This document shows positions 12,894 through 32,270 of a stretch of 64,000 bases of DNA, piece by piece. The first letter of the stretch is position 1. Each line of letters starts with the position of its first letter. Source of the stretch: the human T2T-CHM13v2.0 reference genome, Homo sapiens; assembly GCF_009914755.1 (NCBI RefSeq), contig NC_060929.1; one strand, 5' to 3'. Position numbers and translations under genes: made by a program. A model generated the notes under the pieces. That model saw only the letters and a list, made by a program, of their open reading frames with translations. It made no database searches and was not told where the DNA came from.

Positions 12894-13383
12894 TTGTGAA
12901 GCCAGAAACTATTAACTGGGAACGAGAATTTCCATTTATGTATAGGTCTTTTGGCTAATATCAAATGTATAGAAAATCATTCTAAATTTTAAATATTAGT
13001 TCTATTTTTCAGACATAGTTGGTAATCTATATAAATAGCTTCAGGAATGCAGCTTAAGCTGTATTAGTAGTTTAAGAAATAAGATAACCAGACATACAGG
13101 CAAAATGTTTGCAAAAGAATATTTTTGTTTGCATCATTTTTCATACTGACAAAATTTGGATACAAAGTAAAATTCAAACAAGGAGAAAATGCATGAATCT
13201 ATTATGATTAATAAAATACACACAATTAAAAATATTCACAAAGAACTTAACAAACAAATATTTATGGCAATCATTGATAAAAACAGTGTAACATTAATAA
13301 ATGCAATATGACTTTTGTTATGTTAACATAAACAAAAATATTGCATTGAAAAAATAGATTATTTGATACATTGCTAAAAACAA
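12894..13383 (+). mobile_element. 490-bp AT-rich non-satellite insertion with target-site duplication (probable L1-mediated retro-insertion)
   Basis: Flanked by aaaaagagtgtttca (12879-12893) and aaaaacagtgtttca (13384-13398), with an A-rich 3' end. The satellite monomer resumes in register. Confidence 0.75.
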
Positions 13384-16300
13384 AAAAACAGTGTTTCAAA
13401 ACTGCTCTATCAAAAGGAAGGTTCAACTCTGTGAGTTGAATGCACCCATCACAAAGAAGTTTCTGAGAATGCAATTGTGTAGTTTTTATTTGAATATATT
13501 CCCGTTTCCAATGAAGGCTTCAAAGCACTCCAAATATACATTTGCAGATACTACAAAAAGAGTGTTTCAAATCTGCTCTATCAAAAGGAATTTTCAACTC
13601 TGTGAGTTGAATGCACACATCACAAGGAAGTTTCTGAGAATGTTTCTTTCTAGTTTTTATGTGAATATAATCCCGTTTCCAACGAAGGCTTCAAAGCACT
13701 CCAAATATACACTTGCAGATACCTCTTAAAGAGTGTTTCAAAACTGGTCTATCAAAAGGAAGGTTCAACTCTGTGAGTTGAAAGCACACATCCCAAGGAA
13801 GCCTCTGAGAATGCCTCTGTCCAGTTTTTATTTGAAGACATTCACTTTTCCAACAAAGGACACCAAGCGGTCAAATTATCCTCTTGTAGATCTACAAAAG
13901 GAGTGTTTCAAAACTGCTCTATGAAAAGAAAGGTCCAACTCTGTGAGTTGAATGCAAACATCACAATAAAGTTTCTGAAAATGCTTCTGTCTGGTATTTA
14001 TCTGACGATATTCCCGTTTCCAATGAATTCCTCAAAGCAGTCAAAATATCCACTTGCAGATTCTACAAAAATAGTGTTTCAAAACTGCTCTATCAAAAGA
14101 AAGGTTAAAATCTGTGCGTTGAGTGCACACATCAGAAACAAAATTCTGAGAATGCTTCTTTCTAGTTTTTATATAAAGAAATTTCCTTTTCTACCACAGG
14201 CATTAAAGGGATCCAAATATCCACGTGTAGATTCTACAAAAAGAGTGTTTCAAAACTGCTCTATTAAAAAGAGTGTTCATCACTGTGAGTTGAATGCACT
14301 TATCGCAAAGTAGTTTCTCAGAATCCTTCTGTCTACTTCGTATGTGAAGATATTCCCATTTCCAACGAAGGCTTCAAAGCACTCCAAATAGCCACTTGCA
14401 TATTCTGCAAAAAGAGTGTTTCAAATCAGCTCTATCAAAAGGAAGGTTCAACTTTGTGAGTAGAATGCACACATCACAAAATAGTTTCTGAGAATGCTTC
14501 TGTCTATTATTTACATGGAGATATGACCATTTCCAACAAAGGCTTCTCTCCACTAGAAATATCCACTTACAGATTCTACAAAAAGAGTGTTTCCAAACTG
14601 CTCTATCAAAGGGAAGGTTCAACTCTGTGAGTTGAATGCACACATCACAAAGTAGTTTCTGAGAATGCAACTGTCTAGTTTTTATGTGAATATATTCCCG
14701 TTTCCAATGAAGGCTTCAAAGCACTCCAAATATACACTTGCAGATACTACAAAAAGAGGTTTCAAAACTGCTCTAACAAATGGAAGGTTCAACTCTGTGA
14801 GTTGAATGCACCCATCACAAGGAAGTTTCTGAGAATCCTTCTGTCAGTTTTCATGTGAATATATTCTCGTTTCCAACGAGGGCTTCCAAGCACTCCAAAT
14901 ATACAGTTGCAGATACTACAACAAGAGTGTTTCAAAACTGCTCATCAAAAGGAAGTTTCAACTCTGTGAGTTGAATGCACACATCACAAGGATGTTTCTG
15001 AGAATGCTTCTGTCCAGTTTTTTTGTGAAGATATTCCCGTTTCCAATGAAGGACAAAAAGCGGTCAAAATATGCACTTGCAGATTCTACAAAAAGAGTGT
15101 TTCAAAACTGCTGTATTAAAAGGAAGGTTCAACACCGTGAGTTGAATGCACACATCACAAGGAAGTTTCTAAGAAAGCTTCTGTCTAGTTTTCTTGTGAA
15201 TATATTCCCGTTTCCAATGAAGGCTTCAAAGCACTACAAATACACACTTGCAAATAGTACTAAAAGAGTGTTTCTAAACTGCTCTATCAAAAGGAAGGTT
15301 CAACTCTGTGAGTTGAATGCACACATCACAAGGAAGTTTCTTGGAATGCTTCTGTCCAGTTTGTATGTGAACATATTCCCGTTTCCAACGAAGGCTTCTC
15401 TCCACTAAAAATACCAACTTGCAGATTGAACAAAAAGAGTGTTTCCAAATTGCTCTATCAAAAGGAAGGTTCAACTCTCTGATTTGAGTGCACACATCAC
15501 AAAGAAGTTTCTGAGAATTCAACTGTCTAATTTTTATATGAAGATACAGCCTTTTCCAATGAAGACTTCAAATTACTCTAATTAGCTACTTGCAGATTCT
15601 ACAAAAAGAGTGTTTCAAAACTGCTCTATCAAAAGGAAGGTTCAACTCTGTGAGTTGAATGGACAGATCACAATGAAGTTTCTGAGAATTATTCTGTCTA
15701 GTTTTCATGTGAATATATTCCCGTTTTCAACGAAGGCTTCAAAGCACTCCAAATATACACTTGCAGATACTCTAAAAGAGTGTTTCAAAACTACTCTATC
15801 AAAAGGAAGGTTCAACTCTGTGAGTTGAATGCACACATCAAAAAGGAGTTTCTGAGAATGCTTCTGTCAAGTTTTTATGTGGAGATATTCCCGTTTCCAA
15901 CGAAGGCCTCTAACCACTAGAAATATCCACTTGCAGATTCTACAAAAAGAGTGTTTCAAAACTGCTCTATCAAAAGCAAGTTTCAACTCTGTGGGTTGAA
16001 TGCACACATCATAAGGAAGTTTCTGACAATGCTTCTGCCTAGTTTTTATATGAAGATATTTCCTTTTCCACCATAGTCCTCAAAGTGCTCTAAATGTCCA
16101 CTTGAAGATTCTACAATAAGAGTTTTTCAAAACTGCTCTATCAAAAGATATGTTAAACTCTGTGAGTTGAATGCACACATCACAAAGTAGTTTTTGAGAA
16201 TGCTTCTGTGTAGTTTTTAGGTGAAGATATTCCTCTTTCCAATGAAGACTTCAAAGCAGTCCAATCATCCACTTGCAGATCCTTCAAAAAGACTGTTTCA

Positions 16301-19300
16301 AAACTCCTCTATCAAAAGGAAGGTTCAAAATCTGTGAGTTCAATGCACACATCATAAGGAAGTTTATGAGAATGCTTCTGTCTAGTTTTTATGTGACTAC
16401 ATTCCCGTTTCCAACGAAGGCTTCAAGGTACTCCAAATATTCAACTGCAGATACTACAAAACGAGTGTTTAAAAACTTCTCTATCAAAAGAAAGGTTCAA
16501 CTCTGTGAGTTGAATGTGTGCATGACAAGTAAGTTTCTGTGAATGCTTCTGTCTAGTTTTTCTGTGAATATATTCCCATTTACAACAGAGACTTCAAAGA
16601 ACTCAAAATATACACTGGCAGATACTGCAAAAAGAGCGTTTCGAAACTGCTCTATCAAAAGGAAGGTTCAACTCTGAGAGTTGAATGCACACATCACAAG
16701 GAACTTTCTGAGAATGCTTCTGTCCAGTTTTTATGTGAAGATATTTTCGTTTACAACGAACTACAGAAAGCGGTCAAAATATCCACTTGCAGATTCTACA
16801 AAAAGAGTGTTTCAAAACTGCTATATCAAAAGACATGTTAAAATCTGTGAATTGAAGGCACACATCAGAAGCTAGTTTCTGAGAATGCTTCTTTCTAGTT
16901 TTTATATAAAGAAATTGCCTTTTCTACCAGAGGCCTTAAACGGATGCAAATATCCATGTGTATATTCTACAAAAAGAGTGTTTCAAAACTGTTCTATCAA
17001 AAGGAAGTTTCAACACTGTGAGTTGAATGCACACATCACAAAGAAGTTTCTCAGAATGCTTTTGTCTAGTTTTTAATCTGAGTATATTCCCGTTTCCAAC
17101 GAAGGCTTCAAACCACTCCAAATATCCACTTGCAGATACTACAGAAAGAGTGTTTCAAAACCGCTCTATCAAAAGGAAGGTTCAACTCTCTGAGTTGATT
17201 GCCCACATCACAAGGAAGATTTTGACAATGCCTCTGTCCTGTTTTTATCTGAAGATATTCCCGTTTCCAATGAAGGACAAAAAGCGCTCAAAAAATCCAC
17301 TTGCAGATTCTACAAAAAGAGTCTTTCAATACCGCTCTATCAAAAGGAAGGCTCATCTCTGTGAGTTCAATGGGCACATCACAGAAAACTTTCTGAAAAT
17401 GCATCTGCCTTGTTTTGATATGAAAATGTAGCCGTTTCCAATGAAGACTTCAAAGTACTCCAATTATCCCCTTGAAGAATCAACAAAAAGAGTGTTTCAA
17501 AAATGCTCTATCAAAAGGAAGGTTAAACACTGTGAGTTGAATGCACACATCACAAAAAATTTTCTGAGAATGCTTCTGTCTAACTTTTATGTGAATATAT
17601 TCCAATTTCCAATGAAGGATTCAAAGCACTCCAAATATACACTTGCAGATACTACAAAAAGAGTGTTTCAAAACTGCTCTTCAAAAGAAAGGTTCAACTC
17701 TGTGAGTTGAATGCGTGCATGACAAGGAACTTTCTGAGAATGCTTCTGCCTAGTTTTTATGTGAATATATTCCCGTTTCCAACAAACGCTTCAAAGAACT
17801 CAAAATATACATTTGCAGATACTGCAAAAAGAGTGCTTCAAAACTGCTCTATCAAAAGAAAGGTTCAACTCTGGGAATTGAATGCACACATCACAAGGAA
17901 GATTCTGAGAATGATTCTGTCCAGTTTTAATGTGAAGATATTCCCGTTTCCAACGAAGGACAAAAAGCGGTCAAAATATCCACTTGCAGATTCTACAAAA
18001 AGAGTGTTTCAAAACTGCTCTATCAAAAAAAATGTTAAAATCTGTGAGTTGAGTGCACACATCAGAAGCTAGTTTCTGAGAATGCTTCTTTCTAGTTTTA
18101 ATATAAATTGCCTTTTCTACCAGAGGCCTTAAAGGGATGCAAATATCCACATGTAGATACTACAAAGAGAGTGTTTCAAAACTGCTCTATCAAAAGGAGT
18201 GTTCAACTCTGTGAGTTGAATGCACACATCACAAAGTAGTTTCTGAGAATACTTCTGTCCATTTTTTATGTGAAGATGTTCCCGTTTCCAACGAATTCCT
18301 CGAATCAGTCAAAATATCCACTTGCATATTCTACAAAAAGAGTGTTTCAAAGCTGCTCTATCAAAAAGAAGGTTCAACTCTGTGAGTTGAATGCACACAT
18401 CACAAAAAAAGTTTCTGACAAAGCTTCTGTCTACTTTTTATGTGAAGGTATTCCCGTTTCCAAAGAAGGCTTCAAAGGACTCCAAATATCCACTTGCAGA
18501 TACTACAAAAAGAGTGTTTCAAAACTGCTCTATCTAAAGGAAGGTTCAACTCTGTGAGTTGAATGCACACATCACAAGGAAGTTTCTGAGAATGCTTCTG
18601 TCTAGTTTTTATGTGACTATATTCCCGTTTCCAACGAAGGCTTCAAAGCACTCCAAATATCCACTTGCAGATATTATAAAAAGAGTGTTTGAAAACTGCT
18701 CTATCAAAAGGAAGGTTTAACCCTGCGAGTTGAATACATACATCACAAAGAAGTTTCTGAGAATGCTTCTGTCCAGTTTTTATATGAAGATATTCCCGTT
18801 TCCAATGAAGGACACAAAGGGTCAAAATATCCACTTGCAGATTCTACAAAAAGAGTGTTTCAAAACTGCTGTATCTAAAGAGAGGTTCAATTCTGTGAGT
18901 TGAGTACACACATCACAAGCAGTTTCTGAGAATGCTTCTGTCTAGTTTTTATGTGAAGATATTTCCATATCCACTACAGCCCTCAAAGTGCTCCAAATGT
19001 CCACTTGCAGATTCTACAATAAGTGTGTTTCAAAACTCCTCTGTAAAAAGATAGGTTAATCTCTGTGAGTTGAATGCACGCATCACAAAGTAGTTTTGGA
19101 GAATGTTTCTGTCTAGTATTTAGGTGAAGATATTCCCGTTTCCAACGAAGGCTTCAAAGAACTCCAATTATCCACCTGCACATCCTTCAAAAAGAGTGTT
19201 TCAAAACTTCTCTATCAAAAGGAAGGTTCAAACCTGTCAGTTCAATGCACACATCACAAGGAAGTTTATGAGAATTCTTCTGTCTAGTTTTTATCTGAAT

Positions 19301-22300
19301 ATATTCCTGTTCCAACAAACGCTTCAAAGCACTCCAAATATACACTTGCAGATACTACAAGAAGAGTGTTTCAAAACTGCTCTCTCAAAAGGAGGGTTCA
19401 ACGCTGTGAGTTGAATGCACACATCACAAGGAATTTTTTGAGAATGCTTCTGTCTAGTTTTTATGTGAATATATTCCCGTTTCCAATGAAGGCTTCAAAT
19501 CACTCCAAGTATCCACTTGCAGATACAACAAAAAGAGTGTTTCAAAACTGCTCTCTCAAAAGAAAGGCTTAACTCTGTGAGGTGAATGCACACGTTACAA
19601 GGAAGTTTCTGAGAATGCTTCTGTCAGGTTTTTATGTGAAGATATTCCCTTCTCCAACAAAGGACACAAAGAGGTCAAAATATCAACTTGCAGATTCTAC
19701 AAAAAGAGTGTTTCAAAACTGCTCTAGCAAAATAAATATTTAACTCTCTGAGTTGAATGCAAACATCACAAAGAAGTGTCTGAGAATGCTTCTGTCTAGT
19801 TTTAATGTGAAGATATTTCCTTTTCCACCACAGCCCTCAAAGTGCTCCAAATGTCCACTTGCAGATTCTGCAATAAGAGTGTTTCTAAACTACTCTGCCA
19901 AAAGATAGGTTAAACTCTGTGAACTGAATGCACACATCACAAACTAGTTTTTGGGAATGCTTCTGTCTGGTTTTTAGGTGAAGATGTTCCCTTTTCCAAA
20001 GAAGGCTTCAAAGCATACGAATTATCCACTTGCAGATCCTACAAAAAGAGGGTTTCAAAACTGCTCTATCAAAAGAAAGGTTAAATTATGTGAGTTCTAA
20101 GCACAGATCACAGAGTAGTTTCTGAGGATGCTTCAGACTAATTTTTATATGAAGTTATTTCCTTTTCTACCAAAGGCCTCAAAGCGCTCCAAGTATCCAC
20201 TTGCAGATTCTACCAAAAGAGTGTTTCAAAACTTCTCCATCAAAAGGAAGGTTCCACTCCGTGAGTTGAATGCACACATCACAAAGAAGTTTCTGAGAAT
20301 GCATCTGTCTAGTTTTCATGTGAAGATATAGACTTTTCCAATGAAGACTTCAAAATACTGCAATTATCCACTTACAGATTCTACAAAAAGAGTGTTTCAA
20401 AATTGCTCTATCTAAAGAAGTGTTCACCTCTGTGAGTTGAAGGCACACATCAAAAAGTAGTTTCTGAGAATCCTTCTGTCTACTTTTTATGTGAAGATAT
20501 TCCCGTGTCCAAAGAAGGCTTCAATGCACTCCGAATATTCACTTGCATATACTACAAAAAGAGTGTTTCAAAACTGCTCTATCAAAAGGAAGGTTCAACT
20601 CTGTCAGTTGTATGCACACGTCACAAAGAAGTTTCTGAGAATGCTTCTGTCTAGTTTTAATCTGGAGATATTCCCGTTTCCAAGGATGGCTTGTAACCAC
20701 CAGTAATAGCCACTTGCAGATTCTACAAAACGAGTGTTTCAAAACTGCTCTATCAAAAGAAAGGTTAAAACCTGTACCTGTGAGTTAAATGTACACATGA
20801 GAAACTAGATTCTGAGAATACTTCTTTCTAGTTTTTATATAAAGAAATTTCCTTTTCTACCAGAGGCCTTAAATGGATCCTAACATCCAGGTGTAGATTC
20901 TACAAAAAGAGTGTTTCAAAACTGCTCTATCAAAAGGAGTGTTCACCTCTGTGAGTTGAATGCACACATCACAAAGTAGTTTCTGAGAATCCTTCTGTCT
21001 ACTTTTTAGGTGAAGATATTCCCGTTTCCAACGAAGGCTTCAAAGCACTCCAATTATCCACTTGCAGATCCAACAAAAAGAGTGTTTCAAAACTGCTCTA
21101 TCAAAAGAAAGGCTAAATTCTGTGAGTTGTAAGCCCACATCACAAAGCGGTTTCTGAGAATGCCTCTGTCTAGTTTTTCTATGAAGATATTTCCTTTTCT
21201 ACCATAGCCCTCAAATCTCTTCAAATATCCAATTGCAGATTCTACCAAAATGTGTTTCAAAACTGCTCTATGCACAGAAAGGTTCAACTCTGTGAGTTGA
21301 ATGCAAACATCACAAAGAAGTTTCTGAGAATGCTTCTGTCTGGTATTTATGTGATGACATTCCCGTTTCCAACGAATTCCACAAAGCATTCAAAATATCC
21401 ACTTGCAGATTCTACAAAAAAAGTGTTTCAATACAGATCTATCAAAACAAAGTTTAAAATCTCTGAGTTAAATGCACGCATCAGAAACTAGATAAGGGGA
21501 ATGCTTCTTTCTAGTTTTCATATAAAGAAATTGTCTTTTCTACCAGAGGCGTTAAAGCGCTCAAAATAACCATGTGTAGATTCTACAAAAAGAGTGTTTC
21601 AAATCTGCTCAATCAAAAGGAGTGTTCAACTCTCTGAGTTGAATGCACACAACACAAAGTAGTTTCTGAGAATACTTCTGTCTAGTTTTTATGTGAAGGT
21701 ATTCCCGTTTCAAACGAAGGCTTCAAAGCACACCAAATATACACTTGCAGATACTACAAAAAGAGTGTTTCAAAGCTGCTCTGTCAAAAGGAAGGTTCAA
21801 ATCTGTGAGTTGAATGCACACATCGCAAATAAGTTTCTGAGAATGCTTCTGTCTGGTATTTATATGAAGATGTTCCCGTTTCCAACGAATTACTCAAAGG
21901 TATTCCCGTTTCCAACGAAGGCTTCAAAGCACACCAAATATACACTTGCAGATTCTACCAAGAGAGTGTTTCAGAATGGCTCTTTGAACAGAAAGTTTCA
22001 ACTCTGTGAGTTGAATGCAAACATCAGGAAGAAGTTTCTGAGAATGCTTCTGTCTGGTATTTATATGAAGATATTCCCGTTTCCAACGAATTACTCAAAG
22101 CAGTCAAAATATCCACTTACAGTTTCTACAAAAAGAGTGTTTCAAAACTGTTCAATCAAAAGACAGGTTAAAATCTGTGAGTTAAATGCACACATCAGAA
22201 ACTAGATTCTGAGAATGCTTCTTTCTAGTTTTTATGTAAAGAAATTGCCTTTTCTACAAGGGGCCTTAAAGGGCTCAAAATATCCACGTGTAGATTCTAC

Positions 22301-23193
22301 AGAAAGAGTGTTCCAAAACTGCTCTATCAAAAGAAGTGTTCAACTCTGCGAGTTGAAGGCACACATCACAAGGAAGTTTCTGAGAATGCTTCTGTCTAGT
22401 TTTTAAGTGAATACATTTTCGTTTCCAATGAAGGCTTCAAAACACAGCAAATATGCAGTTGCAGATACCACCAAAAGCTGTTTTAAAACTGCTCAATCAA
22501 AAGGAAGGTTCAACTCTGACAGTTGAATGCACACATCACAACGAAGTTTCTGAGAATGCTTCTGTCCAGTTTTTATGTAAAAATATTCCCGTTTACAATG
22601 AAGGACACAAAGTGGTCAAAATATCCACTTGCAGATTCTACAAAAAGAGTGTTTCATAACTGCTCCAGCAATAGAAATGTTTAACTCTCTGAGCTGAACG
22701 CAAACATCACAAGAAGTTTCTGAGAATGCTTCCGTCTAGTTTTTATGTGAAGATATTTCCTTTTCCACCATAGCCCTCAAAGTGCTCCAAATGTCCACTT
22801 GCAGATTGTACAATAAGAGAGTTTCAAAACTGCTCTGTCAAAAGATAGCTTAAACTCTGTGAGTTGAATGCACACATCACAAAGCAGTTTTTGAGAATGC
22901 TTCTGTCCGGTTTTTAGGTGAAGATATTCCCGTTTCCAACGAAGGCTTCAAAGGACTCCAATTATCCACCTGCAGATCCTGTGAAAAGAGTGTTTCAAAA
23001 CTGCTCTATCAAAAGAAAGGTTAAATTCTGTGAGTTTTAGGCACACATCACGAAGTATTTTCTGAGAATTCTTCTATCTAGATTTTATAAAAAGATATAC
23101 CCTTTTATACCATAGGCCTCAAAGCGCTCATAATATCTAATTGCAGATTCTACCAAAAGACTACTTCAAACTGCTCTATTGAAGGATATGTTC
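13384..23193 (-). repeat. Alpha satellite tandem array
   Basis: Continuous ~171-bp monomers in the same orientation. Confidence 0.99.
15058..15839. repeat. 782-bp near-identical dispersed duplicate, copy 2
   Basis: Matches 10796-11577 at offset 4262. Confidence 0.93.
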
Positions 23194-25108
<1,915 letters not shown>

Positions 25109-25323
25109 AAAAATGAGATCACATGGACACAGGACGGGGACTATCACACTCTGGGGACTGTTGTGGGGTGGGGGGAGGTGGGAGGGATAGCACTGGGAGA
25201 TATACCTAATGCTAGATGACGACTTAGTGGGTGCAGCGCACCAACATGGCACATGTATACATATGTAACTAACCTGCACAATGTGCACATGTACCCTAAA
25301 ACTTAAAGTATAATAATAAATAA

Positions 25324-28106
25324 AAGGACATGGTCAACTCTGTTAGTTGAATGCAAACATCCAAAAGATTTTTCTGAGAATGCTTCTGTATGGTATTTAT
25401 GTGAAAATATTCCCGTTTTCAACGAATACCTCAAAACAGTCGAAATATCCACTTGCAGATCCCATAAAAAGTGTTTCAAAACTGCTCTATCAAAAGAAAG
25501 CTTGAAATCTGTGAGTTGAATGCACACATCAGAAACTAGATTCTGAGAATCCTTCTTTCTAGTTTTTATATAAAGAAATTGCCTTTTCTTCCAGAGGCCT
25601 TACAGGGATGCAAATATCCACTTTTAGATGCAACAAAAAGAGTGTTTCAAAACTGCTTTATCAAAAGGAGTGTTCAATTCTGAGAGTTAAATGCACACAT
25701 CACAAAGTTGTTTCTGAGAATAACTCCGTCTACTTTTCATGTGAAGATATTCCCGTTTTCAACGAAGTCTTCAAAGCACTCCAAATATCCACTTGCATAT
25801 TCTACAAAAAGAGTGTTTAAAAACTGCTCTATCAAAAGGAATGTTCAACTCTGTGAGTTGAATGCACACATCATAAAGAAGTTTCTGAGAATGCTTCTGT
25901 CTAGTTTTTATGTGGAGATATTCCCGTTTCCAGTGAAGGTTTATAAACACTAGAATTATCCACTTGCAGATTCTACAAAAAGAGTGTTTCAAAACTGCTT
26001 TATCAAAAGGAAGGTTCAACTCTGTGAGTTGAATGCACACATCACAAAGAAGTTTCTGAAAATGCATCTGTCTAGTTTTCATGTAAAGATATAGACGTTT
26101 GCAATGAAGACTTCAAATTACTGCAATTATCCACTTGCAGATTCTACAAAAAGTTTGTCTCAAAACTGCTCTATCAAAAGGAAGGTTCAACTCTGTGAGT
26201 TTAATGCACACATCACAGGGAAGTTTCTGAGAATGCTTCTGTCTAGTTTTTATGTGAATATATTCCCGTTTCCAACGGAAGCTTCAAAGCACACCAAATA
26301 TGCACTTGCAGCTACCACAAAAAGAGTGTTTCAAAACTGCTCTATCAAAAGGAAGGTTCAACTCTGTGAGTTGAATGCACATATCACGCGGAAGTTTCTG
26401 AGAATGCTTCTGTCCAGTTTTTTGTGAAGATATTCCCGTTTCCAACGAAGGACACCAAGCGGTCAAAATATCCACATGGAGATTGTACCAAAGGAGTCTT
26501 TCAGTACTGCTCTATCAATAGGACGGTTCAACTCTGTGAGTTGAATGGGCACATCACAAAAAAGTTTCTGAGAATGCATCTGTCTTGTTTTTAGGTGAAA
26601 ATATAGCCGTTTCCAATGAAGACTTCAAAGTAGTCCAACAATCCACTTGCAGATTCTACAAAAAACATTTTTCAAAACTGCTATATCAAAAGGAAGGTTC
26701 AACTCTGTGAGTTGAATGCTCACATCACAAGGAAGTTTCTGAGAATGCTTCCGTCTAGTTTCTTTGTGAATATATTCCCGTTTCCAAAGAAGGCTTCAAA
26801 GCACTCCAAATATACACAAGCAGATACTACCAAAAGAGTGTTTCAAAACTGCTAGATCCAAAGGAAGATTCAACTCTGTCAGTTGAATGCACGTATCACA
26901 AGGAAGTTTTTGAGAATGCCTCTGTGTGGTATTTATGTGAAGATATTCCCGTTTCCAACGAATTCCTCAAAGCAGTCAAAATATCCACTTGCAGATACCA
27001 CAAAAAGTGTCTCAAAACTGTTCCATCAAAAGAAAGGTTGAAATCTGTGAGTTGAATGCACACATCAGAAACTAGATTCTGAGAATGCTTCCCTCTGGTT
27101 TTTATATAAAGAAATTGCTTTTTCTACCAGAGACCTTACAGAGATCCCAGTATCCATGTGTAGGTTCAACAAGAAGAGTGTTTCAAAACTTCTCTATCAA
27201 AAGCAGTGTTCAACTCTGTGAGTTGAATGAACACATCAAAAAGTAGTTTCTCAGAATCCTTCTGTCTACTTTTTATGGGAAGATATTCCCCTTTCCAATG
27301 AAAGCTTCAAAGCACTCCAAATATCCACTTGCATATACTACAAAAAGAGTGTTTCAAAACTGCTCTATCAAAAGGAAGGTTCAAATCTGTGAGTTGAATG
27401 CACACATCACAAAGTAGTTTCTGAGAATCCTTCTGTCTACTTTTTATGTGAAGGTATTCCCGTTTCCAACGAAGGCTTCAAAGCACTCCAAATATCCACT
27501 TGCATATTCTACAAAAAGAGGGTTTCAAATCTGCTCTATCAAAAGGAAGGTTCAACTCTGTGAGTTGAATGCACACATTACAAGGAAGTTTCTGAGAATG
27601 CTTCCGTCTATTTTTTACGTGGAGATATTCCCTTTTCCAACGAAGGCTTCTCTCCACTGGAAATATCCACTTGCAGATTATACAAAAAGTGTGTTTCCAA
27701 ACTGCTCTATCAAAAGGAAGGTTCAAATCTGTGAGTTGAATGCGCACATCAGAAAGAAGTTTCTGAGAATGCTTCTGTCTTTTTTTATGTGAAGATATAG
27801 CCGTTTCCAACGAAGACATCAAAGTTCTCCAATTATCCACTTGCAGATTCTACAAAAAGAGTGTTTCAAAACTGCTCTATCAAAAACAAGGTTCAACTCT
27901 GTGAGTTCAAAGCGCACATCAGAAACTAGATTCTGGGAATGCTTCTTTCCTGTTTTTATATAAAGGAATTGCCTTTTCTACCAGAGGCCTTAAAGGGATC
28001 AAAATGTTCCCATGTATATACTACAAAAAGGGTGTTTCAAAACTTCTCTATCAAAAGGAGTGTTCAACTCTGTGAGTTGAATGCACATTTCACAAAGTAG
28101 TTTTTT
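25324..28106 (-). repeat. Alpha satellite tandem array
   Basis: ~16 monomers between the two L1s, continuing the monomer interrupted at 23193. Confidence 0.99.
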
Positions 28107-28381
28107 TCTTTTTATAGAGTATTTTATTTTATTTTATTTTATTTTTCAATAACTTCTTTTATTTATTTATTTATTTATTATACTTTATGTTTTAGGGTAC
28201 ATGTGCACATTGTGCAGGTTAGTTACATATGTATACATGTGACATGCTGGTGTGCTGCACCCACTAACTTGTCATCTAGCATTAGGTATATCTCCCAATG
28301 CTATCCCTCCCCCCTCCCCCCACCCAACCACAGTCCCCAGAGTGTGATATTCCCCTTCATGTGTCCATGTGATCTCATTGT

Positions 28382-32207
<3,826 letters not shown>

Positions 32208-32270
32208 TATGACATTAGATGGTTATTTTGTTCATTAGTTGATGCAGTTTCTTCCTAGTCTCGATGGTCT

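Noticed and set aside
20770-20781. 6-bp micro-duplication acctgtacctgt (and other 1-5 bp indels, e.g. near 40367)
   Set aside because: Ordinary slippage in old satellite with no wider pattern.
25153-25186. G-quadruplex-like G-rich tract (C-rich counterparts near 28305 and 55360)
   Set aside because: Standard L1PA 3'UTR polypurine tract, explained by the L1 annotation.
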